NCBI GenBank assembly: GCA_003599275.1
Contig: QZJG01000005.1
Span: 24,583-88,582, forward strand
DNA: 64,000 nucleotides
Origin: Nitrospiraceae bacterium
Lineage (GTDB): Bacteria; Nitrospirota; Thermodesulfovibrionia; UBA6902
Direction: 5' to 3'
Shown: in pieces, positions 28,701 to 37,934 of the stretch
How the letters are laid out: each line of letters begins with the position of its first letter
How positions within the stretch are numbered: position 1 is the first letter of the stretch
Made by a program: the position numbers and the translations under genes
Notes under the pieces: model-generated
The model's input: only the letters and a program-made list of their open reading frames with translations
Database searches by the model: none
What the model was told of the DNA's origin: nothing

Positions 28701-28999
28701 TTAACAAATCCGACGGCGAAAAACTCGGCGTCAATACCGGCGACATTGTAATTCTCGAAACCCCGTTGAAGAAACGGGTCAGAGGCAAGGTATATCTTAC
28801 GGAAGAAATCATGCCGGGCGTCATTAAAACCGCCTTTGGACCCGGGGGACAAAAAGCGTCGGGGATCGGCTTTATGAATTGCGTTGCCGGATACACCCCG
28901 AATATAAATGAATGCTTTGACCCTGAAAACATTTCCCGTTTCACCGGGATGCCGGGATTCGGGGATGTAATGGTCAGAGTCATCAAAGAGACCCCGTAA
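25742..28999 (+). CDS. Mo/W-bisPGD oxidoreductase (Psr/Phs/Arr-like) fused C-terminally to a 4x[4Fe-4S] DmsB/PsrB-like domain
   Basis: CVGCYACQVTC, CNHCDNAPC, CVGCRMCRDKCP, KCDFC..PVCVQSC; then FCAKG, RIKTPL, FGTPN..HGSVC, PGTDTAL, ETGKYADIILP, YPFQLITGR. Confidence 0.9.
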   Translation: MARHQKRYGMLVNLDRCVGCYACQVTCKAEYDIPFGAFRCKVETYRSGCYPDITKIFIPRFCNHCDNAPCIEECKEDALFKNEDGVVILKSDKCVGCRMCRDKCPYKAIDISPVTGQAEKCDFCHGRTINGLLPVCVQSCMGKALLFGDINDPKSDISLEMAKSGLKILNPEYGTNPSIFYAYKGDAGSTPLKDYAPVAGRSTRRIKVKHDGQEGVAGKLIYTSDVMCPSECGIAVLVQDGVAKKIYGNPHTLVNNGAFCAKGAAGLQLTYSPHRIKTPLMRTGERGEDKWKEITWEEASDHIAKKLIGIKNRYGPESVFLDCGDVTDREAYYRLFHAFGTPNTYNHGSVCDTNRKWGQFIMTGDERPLPDVQRPLLTRDDNNELHLHNRHDARLILNIGVNPFVATRFNYMSKGITAARQENGCIYIVIDPAYTNSAAHADIWLPILPGTDTALLAGMLYYIVQNDAEHKYIDHDFIKNYTAGWEEFKEAFFSHTEATDPSNGLHFFTLEWTAEKTGISIENIMKISHMFGATKPASIEIGMHGTAHHTNGDVASILMTALCLITGNMDVPGGLVFTDSQKPKKGDRTIGKDFLEKMADRNINGSSVNGRLTELNKDLSGDYPAAWKGVLADLPQKIRDGIKLKHGAFKDYSYPVKAFITRAGNPVITAGSTPDWIDALTLKANPLLPAFNNEEAGGLLNEYQLELMVFIDTHITETGKYADIILPEAGFLERMGTSDVYTMSPEIAIRDQVIRPLYASRTPFDIMLALSDALTKNGDPDIRTEDFRGRYENEEAFINEILAEAPGFSNIGGPLPYPDLPEGCLIIGTPDNPSAVWGKKVIKQGEALTVDWLRRHNGVAVWPASYFRYKKSDGSPSGIYPKTASRKFEFKFGRLEALNKKSGTDFPSTFYWTDCKWDPKNPLYRDANKEYPFQLITGRVHHAMTMTVVCPYLAETETECMQRLNEEFRSGETHFAAGSVSVPVFAINKSDGEKLGVNTGDIVILETPLKKRVRGKVYLTEEIMPGVIKTAFGPGGQKASGIGFMNCVAGYTPNINECFDPENISRFTGMPGFGDVMVRVIKETP

Positions 29000-29002
29000 C
29001 CC

Positions 29003-29031
29003 TTGAAAAAACCGGATACAATTGCTAAATT
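29003..29031 (+). promoter_or_regulatory. sigma70-type promoter for the pheA operon
   Basis: TTGAAA 29003-08, 17-nt spacer with TG at 29023-24, TAAATT 29026-31; ATG at 29042 has no SD. Confidence 0.55.
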
Positions 29032-29041
29032 AACTTCCACC

Positions 29042-30109
29042 ATGTCAGAACTCGACGAACTGAGAAAAAAAATTGACGAGCTCGACCTCCGGATTGTCGG
29101 GCTGCTCAACGAAAGGGCCGGGGTCGCCATTGAAATAGGCAAGGCCAAGCAGAATAAAAACCTGAACATGCATTCTCCCGCAAGGGAGAAGGAAATCCTG
29201 CGAAGGCTTGCCGAAATAAATCCGGGGCCCTTCCCCGATAACGCCCTCAAATTAATTTATGATGAGATACTTTCCGCATCGCTTTCATTGCAGCAGCCGT
29301 TAAAGGTCGCATACCTCGGTCCTTCCGCCACCTTTACACACCTTGCCGCAAGCAGGAAGTTCGGCTCGTCAACAGAATATCTGCCTGAAAGCACAATAAG
29401 GGGAGTTTTCGAGGCCGTCAACCGGGAGAAGGCGCAGTATGGCGTAGTGCCGATTGAAAATTCAACAGAGGGCGTAGTGAACTCCACACTCGACATGTTT
29501 ATCGATTCGGACCTGAAAATCGCCTTTGAGATAATGCTTGAGGTGAGGCATAACCTGCTTTCGAAAACCGGCAACAGGGAAGACGTCAAGAAGATATTTT
29601 CCCACCCGCAGGCCAGGGCGCAATGCAGGGAATGGCTCGAAAAGAACTTCCCCGGTCTGCCGGTCATTGAGGAATCGAGCACCGCTGCAGCGGCCGAGCG
29701 CGTTTCGAAAGATCCGTCTGCCGCCGCGGTCGCGAGCGAGCTTGCCGCTTCCGTTTACAACCTGGAGTTTATCGAAAAGGGCATAGAGGATTACAAAAAT
29801 AATTACACAAGGTTCCTCGTAATCGCAAAAGAGTCGCCCCCGAGGACGGGCAGGGACAAGACCTCGGTCATGCTGTCGATTAAAGACAGGGCCGGCGCTC
29901 TTTATTCAATATTGAGGCCTTTTGAAAAGCACAAGATCAATCTCTCAAAGATTGAATCGAGGCCGTCAAGGAGAAAGGCCTGGGAATACATATTTTTCAT
30001 CGATATGGAAGGCCACATAGAAGACAAGGGAGTCAGGAAGGCGGTCAACGATCTGAAAAAAGAATGTCTCTTCCTGAAAGTGTTAGGCTCCTACCCTTCG
30101 GCGGAATGA
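29042..30109 (+). CDS. pheA: chorismate mutase / prephenate dehydratase (P-protein)
   Basis: LRKKIDELD CM domain, YLGPSATFT, PIENSTEG, NYTRFLV, IESRPSR, LGSYP. Confidence 0.96.
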   Translation: MSELDELRKKIDELDLRIVGLLNERAGVAIEIGKAKQNKNLNMHSPAREKEILRRLAEINPGPFPDNALKLIYDEILSASLSLQQPLKVAYLGPSATFTHLAASRKFGSSTEYLPESTIRGVFEAVNREKAQYGVVPIENSTEGVVNSTLDMFIDSDLKIAFEIMLEVRHNLLSKTGNREDVKKIFSHPQARAQCREWLEKNFPGLPVIEESSTAAAAERVSKDPSAAAVASELAASVYNLEFIEKGIEDYKNNYTRFLVIAKESPPRTGRDKTSVMLSIKDRAGALYSILRPFEKHKINLSKIESRPSRRKAWEYIFFIDMEGHIEDKGVRKAVNDLKKECLFLKVLGSYPSAE

Positions 30110-30157
30110 ATAATTAAATATTTGGAAACATGTTCCTGTAACTTGAGCCGCTACGAT

Positions 30158-30184
30158 GTCATTCCGCACTTGATGCGGAATGAC
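30158..30184. repeat. REP-like hairpin GTCATTCCGCA-CTTGA-TGCGGAATGAC
   Basis: Perfect 11-bp stem between pheA and hisC. Confidence 0.8.
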
Positions 30185-30196
30185 GAATAAACTGCA

Positions 30197-31273
30197 ATGT
30201 TAAACGCTCCTGAACACATAAAAACCATCAAGCCGTATGTTCCCGGCAAGCCCGTCGAAGAACTCGAGAGGGAGCTTGGGATAACCGGCTCCATCAAGCT
30301 CGCATCAAATGAAAACCCGCTGGGGCCTTCGCCTCTTGCGGTCAGGGCGATGCGCAAAGGGGCAAGGGATTTAAACAGATATCCTGACGGCAGTTGTTTT
30401 TATTTAAAAGAGGCGTTGGCCGGAAAATTAAAGATCACTCCCGATGGGATAATGTTCGGCAATGGATCGAACGAGCTCATAGAGCTGGCGGTCAGGACGT
30501 TCCTCAATCCCGGAGATGAGGCGATAATGGCGCACCCCTCTTTTGTGGTTTATTCAATGATTGTTCAGGCGGCAAACGGCAAAAACATAATAGTGCCTCT
30601 GAAAGAATGGCGGCATGACCTCGAAGAAATGGCGGCGCGGACCACCGGGAAGACAAAGCTTGTCTTTATAGCAAACCCAAATAACCCGACCGGGACCATG
30701 AATACAAAAGCCGAAATGGAAGCATTCATGAAAAAAGTCCCTGCCGGGGTGCTCGTTGTCGTCGATGAAGCGTATTATGAGTATGTCGCTTCACCGGATT
30801 ATGCGGACACCATGAAATATCTGGGGGAAGGCAGGGAGATACTTGTCCTCAGGACCTTTTCCAAAATATACGGGCTTGCGGGACTCAGGATAGGATACGG
30901 GATTGCAAGTCCCCGGCTGATCACCGAGATGAACAAAGTAAGGCAGCCTTTTAATGTGAATTGCCTTGCGCAAAAGGCGGCGGTCGCCGCACTGGAAGAT
31001 AAAAAACACATTGAAAAGACCAGGAGAATTAACGCGCAGGGAAAGAGGCTCCTTTATAAACAGCTTGACGCATTGAAAATCAATTACGTGCCGACTGAGG
31101 CAAATTTTATTTATATACCCGTTGAAAGCGGCGCCTCGGTCCGTTTATACACAAATCTTCTTCAAAAGGGAGTCATCGTCAGGCCTGTAGGGCCTGACGC
31201 TATACGTGTTACAATAGGGCTCCCTGAGGAGAACAGGAGATTTATAGAGGCGCTGAAGCAAGAGAAAATTTAA
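30197..31273 (+). CDS. hisC: histidinol-phosphate aminotransferase
   Basis: [49 protein letters not shown]. Confidence 0.95.
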   Translation: MLNAPEHIKTIKPYVPGKPVEELERELGITGSIKLASNENPLGPSPLAVRAMRKGARDLNRYPDGSCFYLKEALAGKLKITPDGIMFGNGSNELIELAVRTFLNPGDEAIMAHPSFVVYSMIVQAANGKNIIVPLKEWRHDLEEMAARTTGKTKLVFIANPNNPTGTMNTKAEMEAFMKKVPAGVLVVVDEAYYEYVASPDYADTMKYLGEGREILVLRTFSKIYGLAGLRIGYGIASPRLITEMNKVRQPFNVNCLAQKAAVAALEDKKHIEKTRRINAQGKRLLYKQLDALKINYVPTEANFIYIPVESGASVRLYTNLLQKGVIVRPVGPDAIRVTIGLPEENRRFIEALKQEKI

Positions 31274-31296
31274 GGACAAATCTGGATGGAGGCGGC

Positions 31297-32322
31297 ATGG
31301 ACATCATAGTATTGAAAAAGAGCATCACGGCCAAAGAGCTTCGTCATATTGTCAAAAAACTCGAAGGCAAAGGATTCAGAGCGAACGTCTCGAAAGGGAC
31401 TGAACGGACAGTCATCGGCGTGATAGGCGACACATCAAAGATCACCGAAGACGAAGCAAATGCCTTTGCAACCATGCCGGGGGTTGATAAAATCCACAGG
31501 ATCATTCAGCCGTTCCGCCTTGCAAGCAGGGACTTTAAAAGTAATGACACGGTCATCCGGATCGGGAAAACCGCCATCGGCGGCAAAAAAATTCCGGTCA
31601 TAGCCGGGCCCTGTGCCGTGGAAAACCTGCCTGCCCTTCTCGACATAGCAAAGGAAGTCAAAAAGGCGGGCGCCACATTCATAAGAGGAGGCGCGTTCAA
31701 ACCGAGGACCTCGCCTTACACTTTTCAGGGGCTTGGAGAGGAAGGCCTGGAGATCCTTGCAGAGGTCCGTAAGAAGACAGGTCTGCCCGTTGTGACTGAG
31801 ATCATGGACCCGAGGGACATTGACGTCATTCTCAAATACGCGGACGTCATCCAGGTGGGCGCAAGGAACATGCAGAACTTCCGCCTCCTTCAGGAGGTCG
31901 GCTCTCATGACAAACCGATAGTCCTGAAGAGAGGGCTGTCGGCAACAATAAAGGAGCTCCTTATGGCCGCCGAATACATAATGGCGCAGGGCAACAACAA
32001 GGTCATATTGTGTGAAAGAGGCATCAGGACTTTTGAGACTGCGACAAGAAACACCCTCGACCTGAACGCCGTGCCCGTTTTAAAAAGGCTCTCGCATCTG
32101 CCGGTCATTGTCGATCCGAGTCACGGCGCGGGACAGTGGAAGCTCGTGGCCCCCATGTCGAAGGCGGCCATCGCGGCAGGCGCCGACGGGTTGATGATTG
32201 AAGTGCATACAAATCCTGAAGAGGCCCTGTCTGACGGAGAGCAGTCATTAAAGCCCGTTAAATTCAGGGCGCTCATGAAAGAGCTGAAAGCAGTGGCAAA
32301 GGCAGTAGGAAGGGAGATTTAG
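31297..32322 (+). CDS. aroF: 3-deoxy-7-phosphoheptulonate synthase (class I beta, N-terminal regulatory domain)
   Basis: [39 protein letters not shown]. Confidence 0.95.
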   Translation: MDIIVLKKSITAKELRHIVKKLEGKGFRANVSKGTERTVIGVIGDTSKITEDEANAFATMPGVDKIHRIIQPFRLASRDFKSNDTVIRIGKTAIGGKKIPVIAGPCAVENLPALLDIAKEVKKAGATFIRGGAFKPRTSPYTFQGLGEEGLEILAEVRKKTGLPVVTEIMDPRDIDVILKYADVIQVGARNMQNFRLLQEVGSHDKPIVLKRGLSATIKELLMAAEYIMAQGNNKVILCERGIRTFETATRNTLDLNAVPVLKRLSHLPVIVDPSHGAGQWKLVAPMSKAAIAAGADGLMIEVHTNPEEALSDGEQSLKPVKFRALMKELKAVAKAVGREI

Positions 32323-32462
32323 CAGGTTGCTGAAAAAGTCGGTTTTCAGTGTCATTGCGAGAAACGTTAGTGACGAAGCAATCTTAAACATCCTGATTAA
32401 TATAGAAGCGGATTGCTTCACTTCGTTCGCAATGACAGCCCAAATACTTTTTCAGCTGCCTG
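32323..32462. mobile_element. MITE-like nested element: CAGG..CTGAAAAAGT / ACTTTTTCAG..CCTG shell around a GTCATTGCGA..GCAATGAC REP
   Basis: Outer imperfect terminal inverted repeats with an inner REP; second copy at 40624-40802. Confidence 0.6.
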
Positions 32463-32463
32463 T

Positions 32464-32498
32464 TAGGGTTAAGGGTCAAGAGTTAAGAGTCAAGAGTA
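32464..32498 (+). repeat. five degenerate heptamers (AAGAGTT-like)
   Basis: TAGGGTT AAGGGTC AAGAGTT AAGAGTC AAGAGTA; the same unit occurs twice at the purD end (554-567). Confidence 0.75.
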
Positions 32499-32501
32499 GG
32501 C

Positions 32502-33362
32502 ATGAAGATAACTTTTAATAACATCACGATCATCGGCGTCGGTCTTATGGGCGGCTCGTTCGCACTTGCCCTGAAGGCGAAGGGCTTTAAGGGTAAAATA
32601 ACCGGCGCAGGCAGAAACAGGAAAAACCTGATCAAGGCAAAAAGACTCGGCATAATTGACGACTATACAACTGAATATGCCGACAGTGTCAGGGATGCCG
32701 ATCTGGTCCTGTTTGCCGTGCCTGTAGGCCGTGTTGAAACTATTGTAAAAAGTATAAGGAAGGACATAAAAAAAGGCGCAATAGTAACTGATGTAGGAAG
32801 CGTAAAGGCACAGATTGTCAGAAAGATCGGACCGTTGATGCCGGACAAGGTCGGTTTTGTGGGGGCGCATCCCATTGCAGGCCGGGAATGCTCCGGCATA
32901 GATTGCGCCACAGCCGATCTCTATCAGAATGCAAGGTGCATAATCACCCCCGCTACAGATACAAATAAACCCGCGCTGAAAAAAGTCATCGGCCTGTGGA
33001 AGTCCCTCGGGGCAAAGCCTGTGCTGATGGACCCCGTAGAGCATGACCTGATATTCGGCGCAGTGAGCCACCTCCCGCACGTGGTCGCCTATGCGCTGGT
33101 AAACAGCATCATGAAAGTCGACAGCGGCATCATCCGTCATGGAGGCCGGGGACTGAGAGATATGACAAGGATCGCCCTGAGCCCGCCGGAGCTCTGGCGT
33201 GACATATGCGCTTATAACAGGCAAAACCTCTTGCGCACCATGAAAAAGTTTTCATCCTCCGTGTCGCACCTGACCGGACTTATCGAAAGATCAGACTGGG
33301 CCGCCCTCGAAAAAGAATTCAGGAAGGCCAAAGAGGCAAGGCAGCTCCTTGAGTCAGATTAG
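32502..33362 (+). CDS. tyrA: prephenate dehydrogenase
   Basis: IGVGLMGGS, TDVGSVK, GAHPIAG, HD...SHLPH, RDMTRIA.S.PELWRDI. Confidence 0.95.
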   Translation: MKITFNNITIIGVGLMGGSFALALKAKGFKGKITGAGRNRKNLIKAKRLGIIDDYTTEYADSVRDADLVLFAVPVGRVETIVKSIRKDIKKGAIVTDVGSVKAQIVRKIGPLMPDKVGFVGAHPIAGRECSGIDCATADLYQNARCIITPATDTNKPALKKVIGLWKSLGAKPVLMDPVEHDLIFGAVSHLPHVVAYALVNSIMKVDSGIIRHGGRGLRDMTRIALSPPELWRDICAYNRQNLLRTMKKFSSSVSHLTGLIERSDWAALEKEFRKAKEARQLLESD

Positions 33363-34665
33363 CATCAAACACAAAAACCCCTTGCGCGGCGAACTTACAC
33401 CTCCGCCGGACAAATCCATCTCCCACCGCGCAGTAATCCTCGCGTCTCTTGCAGAGGGCAGGAGCGTCATCAGGAATTTCCTTTATGCAGAAGACCCACT
33501 CAGCACCGTCGGCGCGTTCAGGCAAATGGGAGTGGAAATTGAAGTCAGAAGACAGAACTCAGAGCATAAAGAAGAGATGTCCCCCACAGAAATATTAATC
33601 AACGGGAACGGCCTTTCCGGGCTAAAAAACCCTGAAGGTCCTATTGACTGCGGGAACTCGGGAACGACCATGAGGCTCCTCTGCGGCGTCCTTGCAGGGC
33701 AGCCGTTTTCAGCGACCCTGAAGGGAGACGCGTCACTGTCACGCAGGCCCATGAAAAGGGTGATCGGTCCCCTTGCGCAAATGGGCGCTGTCTTTAAATC
33801 GGACAACGGCAACCCGCCATTGACTGTTACCGGAGGACAACTGAAACCGATCAGCTATAAATCCCCGGTTGCGAGCGCACAGGTAAAATCCGCGATACTT
33901 CTCGCGGGGCTTTATTGTGACGGCATTACATCCGTGCTCGAGCCTGAAAAATCCAGGGACCATTCGGAACGCATGCTCAGGGCTTCCGGGGCCGACATAA
34001 AAATAGACGGCTTATCGGTAAGCATCAAAGGCAGGGCCGTATTGCGACCCTTTGATTTGACCGTCCCGGCAGACTTTTCATCCGCCGCTTTTTTCATTGT
34101 GGCAGGCCTGATCGTTCCCGGCTCGGAGATACTTTTAAAAAACGTCGGCATTAATCCGACCCGGACGGGATTGCTGGAGGTCCTTCAGTCAATGGGCGCT
34201 GATATCAGACTCGAAAATACAAGGGAAGTCTCCGGCGAGCCGGTGGCCGACATATTCGTCAGACATTCTTCTCTTACCGGAATAGAAATCGGCGGCGACA
34301 TGGTCCCAAAATCCATTGATGAATTTCCGATACTCTGCGTTGCCTCGGCAGTGGCTGAGGGAAAAACAAAGATAACCGGCGCAAAAGAATTGAGGGTCAA
34401 GGAGTCGGACAGGATAGCTGCAATGGCCGCGGAATTAAGCAAAATGGGCGTCAGGACCGAAGAGCTCGAAGACGGTCTGATAATCGGAGGAAAAGAAAAA
34501 TTGGGGCCCGCTGCCATTAAGAGTTACGGAGACCACAGGATAGCAATGTCCATGGCGATCGCGGGGCTTATGACGGACGGAGAGACGATAATCTCGGACA
34601 CGGACTGCATCAATACGTCTTTCCCCGGGTTTATTGAGATATTGGACAGGCTGCAGAAGAGCTGA
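33349..34665 (+). CDS. aroA: 3-phosphoshikimate 1-carboxyvinyltransferase (EPSP synthase)
   Basis: PDKSISHRA, CGNSGTTMR, SAQVKSA, SRDHSE, ELRVKESDR, DHRIAM. Confidence 0.97.
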   Translation: MSQISIKHKNPLRGELTPPPDKSISHRAVILASLAEGRSVIRNFLYAEDPLSTVGAFRQMGVEIEVRRQNSEHKEEMSPTEILINGNGLSGLKNPEGPIDCGNSGTTMRLLCGVLAGQPFSATLKGDASLSRRPMKRVIGPLAQMGAVFKSDNGNPPLTVTGGQLKPISYKSPVASAQVKSAILLAGLYCDGITSVLEPEKSRDHSERMLRASGADIKIDGLSVSIKGRAVLRPFDLTVPADFSSAAFFIVAGLIVPGSEILLKNVGINPTRTGLLEVLQSMGADIRLENTREVSGEPVADIFVRHSSLTGIEIGGDMVPKSIDEFPILCVASAVAEGKTKITGAKELRVKESDRIAAMAAELSKMGVRTEELEDGLIIGGKEKLGPAAIKSYGDHRIAMSMAIAGLMTDGETIISDTDCINTSFPGFIEILDRLQKS

Positions 34666-34706
34666 TCCTAATTCCACTTTGCAATCAAGATGTCACCTTT
34701 GTCATT

Positions 34707-34780
34707 GTCATTCCGGCTTGTCCGGAATCTTTTTGTTTTACGCAGGACAAGCCATTGGATTCCCGACAAGCGGGAATGAC
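34707..34780. repeat. REP-like element GTCATTCCGGCTTGTCCGGAATC...GATTCCC-GGGAATGAC
   Basis: Left arm identical to that of 49672-49736; flanked by a GCAATCAA/TTGATTGC outer inverted repeat. Confidence 0.8.
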
Positions 34781-34899
34781 GGACTGTAGTATTTGATTGC
34801 CGGTTTAATAGGTTGCAATTGCTGAGGAGTAAGCTTATATTAGAAAGTATCAAAGGAGCATATCTCCCTGTATATGACAGCAGCAATGCGGAATCTGTC

Positions 34900-36210
34900 A
34901 TGAAAAAATCAACACGACACAGGCAGACCCCAAAAGGCCCGCCCCGCCAAAAACCGGCCCCGGAAAACCCTATCGTCTTGACCGGAGAGCAGGAGGTGCA
35001 AAAATGGCACCATGAAAAGCTCATGGAAATGGTTACGGAACGTACAAATGAGCTGCGCCTGCTGAACGAAGAATTCAGGACAATCTTCCAGGGCCTGCCT
35101 CTTGGGATCGTATATCTCGACCGCGAATTCAACATAATAAGGGCCAACAGGTTTTTCTGCGACCTCATCAGTGTCAGTGAAGAAGAAATCCTGGGGAAGC
35201 CCTGCTATGATACCGTGGGAGAACATGCCGCCGATACAACAAAGAAAGACCTTGAAAAGATCTGCACCTTTTGTAAAAAAAGCATATGCTTTACAGATAA
35301 AAAACCTGCGATAATAGAAAGACCTCTCGGCGTCAGGTTTATCAGGGTGACTACAATCCCCGAATTGAATGAAAGCGGGGACATCGTCCGTTTCCTCGAA
35401 ATAGTAGAAGACATCACCAACCGCAAGCAGGCTGAGGCCGAGGTCATCAGGATGGGCCACCTTGCGGCCATCGGGGAGCTTGCGGCCGGAGTGGCGCATG
35501 AGATCAACAATCCGGTCAACGGCATTATCAATTACGCGCAGATACTGGCAAACAAAAGCACGGCAGGCAGCAAAGAGCACGAGATTTCCGGCCGCATCAT
35601 AAAAGAGAGCGACCGTATCGTCCATATTGTCGACAATCTCCTCTCTTTTGCAAAGGGCAGCAGCGAGGAAAGGCGCATGGTCTGCATTGACGACATACTC
35701 CACGAGTCACTTTCCCTGACCGGGGCGATGATGAGAAAAGACGGCATAAAACTCACCGTGAACATTCCCCCCGGCCTCCCGCGCGTCATTGCGCATCCGC
35801 AGCAGATTGAACAGGTCTTTCTTAACGTCCTGAGCAATGCACGTTATGCATTAAGCCAGAGATATCCGGCAGCACATAATGACAAGGTCATCGAGATCAC
35901 GGCTGGAGAAATAAAAGCCGACAATGCATCTTTTGTTCAAATAATTTTTCATGACCGGGGCACCGGCATTCCTCCGAAGGTGCTGGACCGGATAATGAAC
36001 CCGTTTTTTTCGACCAAGCCTCCCAGTGCAGGGACCGGGCTGGGACTGAGCATAAGCCACGGGATTATCAGCAGCCATCATGGTAGAATTAAAATCGAAA
36101 GCTCTGAAGGGGCTTTCACAAATGTCGTGGTCGAGCTTCCGTCTGCGGACGGGGCAAATTCGGAAGTCTGCGGCTTTGACAATGAGGAGATGCAAAACGG
36201 AAAAACATGA
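34900..36210 (+). CDS. cytoplasmic PAS sensor histidine kinase (NtrB-like)
   Basis: Cys-rich PAS (KPCYD...CTFC...C), GELAAGVAHEINNP, QVFLNVLSNA, DRGTG, PFFSTK, GTGLGL; start uncertain. Confidence 0.9.
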   Translation: MKKSTRHRQTPKGPPRQKPAPENPIVLTGEQEVQKWHHEKLMEMVTERTNELRLLNEEFRTIFQGLPLGIVYLDREFNIIRANRFFCDLISVSEEEILGKPCYDTVGEHAADTTKKDLEKICTFCKKSICFTDKKPAIIERPLGVRFIRVTTIPELNESGDIVRFLEIVEDITNRKQAEAEVIRMGHLAAIGELAAGVAHEINNPVNGIINYAQILANKSTAGSKEHEISGRIIKESDRIVHIVDNLLSFAKGSSEERRMVCIDDILHESLSLTGAMMRKDGIKLTVNIPPGLPRVIAHPQQIEQVFLNVLSNARYALSQRYPAAHNDKVIEITAGEIKADNASFVQIIFHDRGTGIPPKVLDRIMNPFFSTKPPSAGTGLGLSISHGIISSHHGRIKIESSEGAFTNVVVELPSADGANSEVCGFDNEEMQNGKT

Positions 36211-37934
36211 AATCTAAAATACTTGTAATAGATGATGAAGAGAGTTTAAGGTTTACATTCGAGAACTTCCTCTCGGATGAAGGATACTCCGTTGCTACCG
36301 CCAAAAACTTCGACGAGGCACTGTCGGAAATGAGCGGAATGAACCCGGACGTTATATTTACGGACATTATTCTTGGCGACAAATCAGGTCTCGATATCCT
36401 GAAAGAGGCGAAGACCAGAAAAATCAACTGTCCCGTAATCATGATTACCGGATACCCCAATGTCGAGACGGCGTCCGAGGCGGTCCGGATGGGGGCCTTC
36501 GATTATATGTCCAAGCCCATCCGGCAGGCGACCCTCCTGCATCTTGCAAGGACGGCAGTACGCCACAAAATGCTCCAGGACAAAAACGAGCAGTACCGCG
36601 CAAACCTCGAGGCTATCTTCAGGAGCGTCAAAGACGCCATAGTTACCGTAGACAAAGATCTTGTGATTATGGAAGTCAACGATTCGGCACAGAAAGTCTG
36701 CGATATCAGCCGCGAATGGAGAGGCAAACCCTTTGATGCCCTGCAGTCCGCGTGCAATGGCAAATGCCTCGACGCGCTGAAAAGGTGCATCGGCACAAAA
36801 GAGGCACTCGAAATGCAACGCACCGAATGTCTGAATAACGCAGGTCTCAGAAAGGTCGTCACTATAACGACCGCTCCCCTTTTAGACTTCCGGGGTGAAT
36901 TCTCCGGGGCGGTCATGGTCGTGAGGGACGAAACCGTGCTGAACGATCTCGAAAGGAACCTGAGGGAGCGCCGGCAGTTCCACAATATCATAGGGCAGAA
37001 CAAGAAAATGCAGAAGATATTTTCCCTTATCGAAGACCTGGCCGACGTACCATCCACCGTCCTCATTACCGGAGAAAGCGGCACGGGCAAGGAGCTGGTC
37101 GCAGACGCCATCCATTATACCGGCAGCCGGAGCAGCGGCCCTCTTGTAAAGGTAAACTGCTCGGCGCTCTCGGAGAACCTTCTCGAGAGCGAGCTCTTCG
37201 GGCACGTAAAGGGCGCATTTACAGGGGCCGACAGGGACAGGACAGGGCGTTTTCAGAATGCGGACGGAGGCACCATTTTTCTTGACGAGATCGGGGACAT
37301 CTCCCAGAGGATGCAGGTGCGTCTCCTGAGAGTACTCCAGGAAAAGGTGATAGACCGGGTAGGCGATTCCACCCCGATAAAAGTAGACGTCCGTATAATC
37401 GCCGCGACCAACCAGGACCTCGCAAAAAAGGTCAGGCTGGGCGAATTCAGGGAAGACCTTTACTACCGCCTGAAAGTCATGGGGCTGTCGCTGCCCGCAC
37501 TGAAGGACAGAAAAGACGATATCCCCATGCTCATAGACTATTTCCTCAAAAATTTAAATGTCAGGCTGAATAAGAGGGTCGAGGCGCTGTCGGAAGACGT
37601 AAAGAAGGCCTTTCTGGATTATACCTGGCCGGGCAACATCAGGGAGCTTGAGAACACCCTTGAGCACGCCCTTATAGTCTGCAAACAGGACACCGTCACA
37701 CTCGAACATCTCCCGCAGGGCCTGAAAGATTTCCTCAAAGAAAAAGATTATTTCCTCACTGACCAGGACGGGCTGTCCCGGCAGGCCATAATAAAAGCGC
37801 TTGAGACATCGGGCTGGAACAAGTCCAGGGCCGCGCGGCTTTTAGGTGTAAACGTCAGGACCATTTACCGCAAGCTGGAGAAATTCGATGTCAGCCATGA
37901 ACAAACTCCACGGGAAAATCATGACATGTCATGA
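36207..37934 (+). CDS. sigma54-dependent response regulator (REC-PAS-AAA+-Fis HTH)
   Basis: REC domain, GESGTGKE, ESELFGHVKGAFTGA, FLDEIG, FREDLYYRL, WPGNIRELEN, WNKSRAARLLG. Confidence 0.95.
   Translation: MKSKILVIDDEESLRFTFENFLSDEGYSVATAKNFDEALSEMSGMNPDVIFTDIILGDKSGLDILKEAKTRKINCPVIMITGYPNVETASEAVRMGAFDYMSKPIRQATLLHLARTAVRHKMLQDKNEQYRANLEAIFRSVKDAIVTVDKDLVIMEVNDSAQKVCDISREWRGKPFDALQSACNGKCLDALKRCIGTKEALEMQRTECLNNAGLRKVVTITTAPLLDFRGEFSGAVMVVRDETVLNDLERNLRERRQFHNIIGQNKKMQKIFSLIEDLADVPSTVLITGESGTGKELVADAIHYTGSRSSGPLVKVNCSALSENLLESELFGHVKGAFTGADRDRTGRFQNADGGTIFLDEIGDISQRMQVRLLRVLQEKVIDRVGDSTPIKVDVRIIAATNQDLAKKVRLGEFREDLYYRLKVMGLSLPALKDRKDDIPMLIDYFLKNLNVRLNKRVEALSEDVKKAFLDYTWPGNIRELENTLEHALIVCKQDTVTLEHLPQGLKDFLKEKDYFLTDQDGLSRQAIIKALETSGWNKSRAARLLGVNVRTIYRKLEKFDVSHEQTPRENHDMS

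Noticed and set aside
29003-29041. ORF-track N-terminal extensions of pheA (TTG 29003) and of the GT2 synthase (TTG 25124)
   Set aside because: Both extensions overlap predicted promoter elements; downstream ATGs match the expected protein starts
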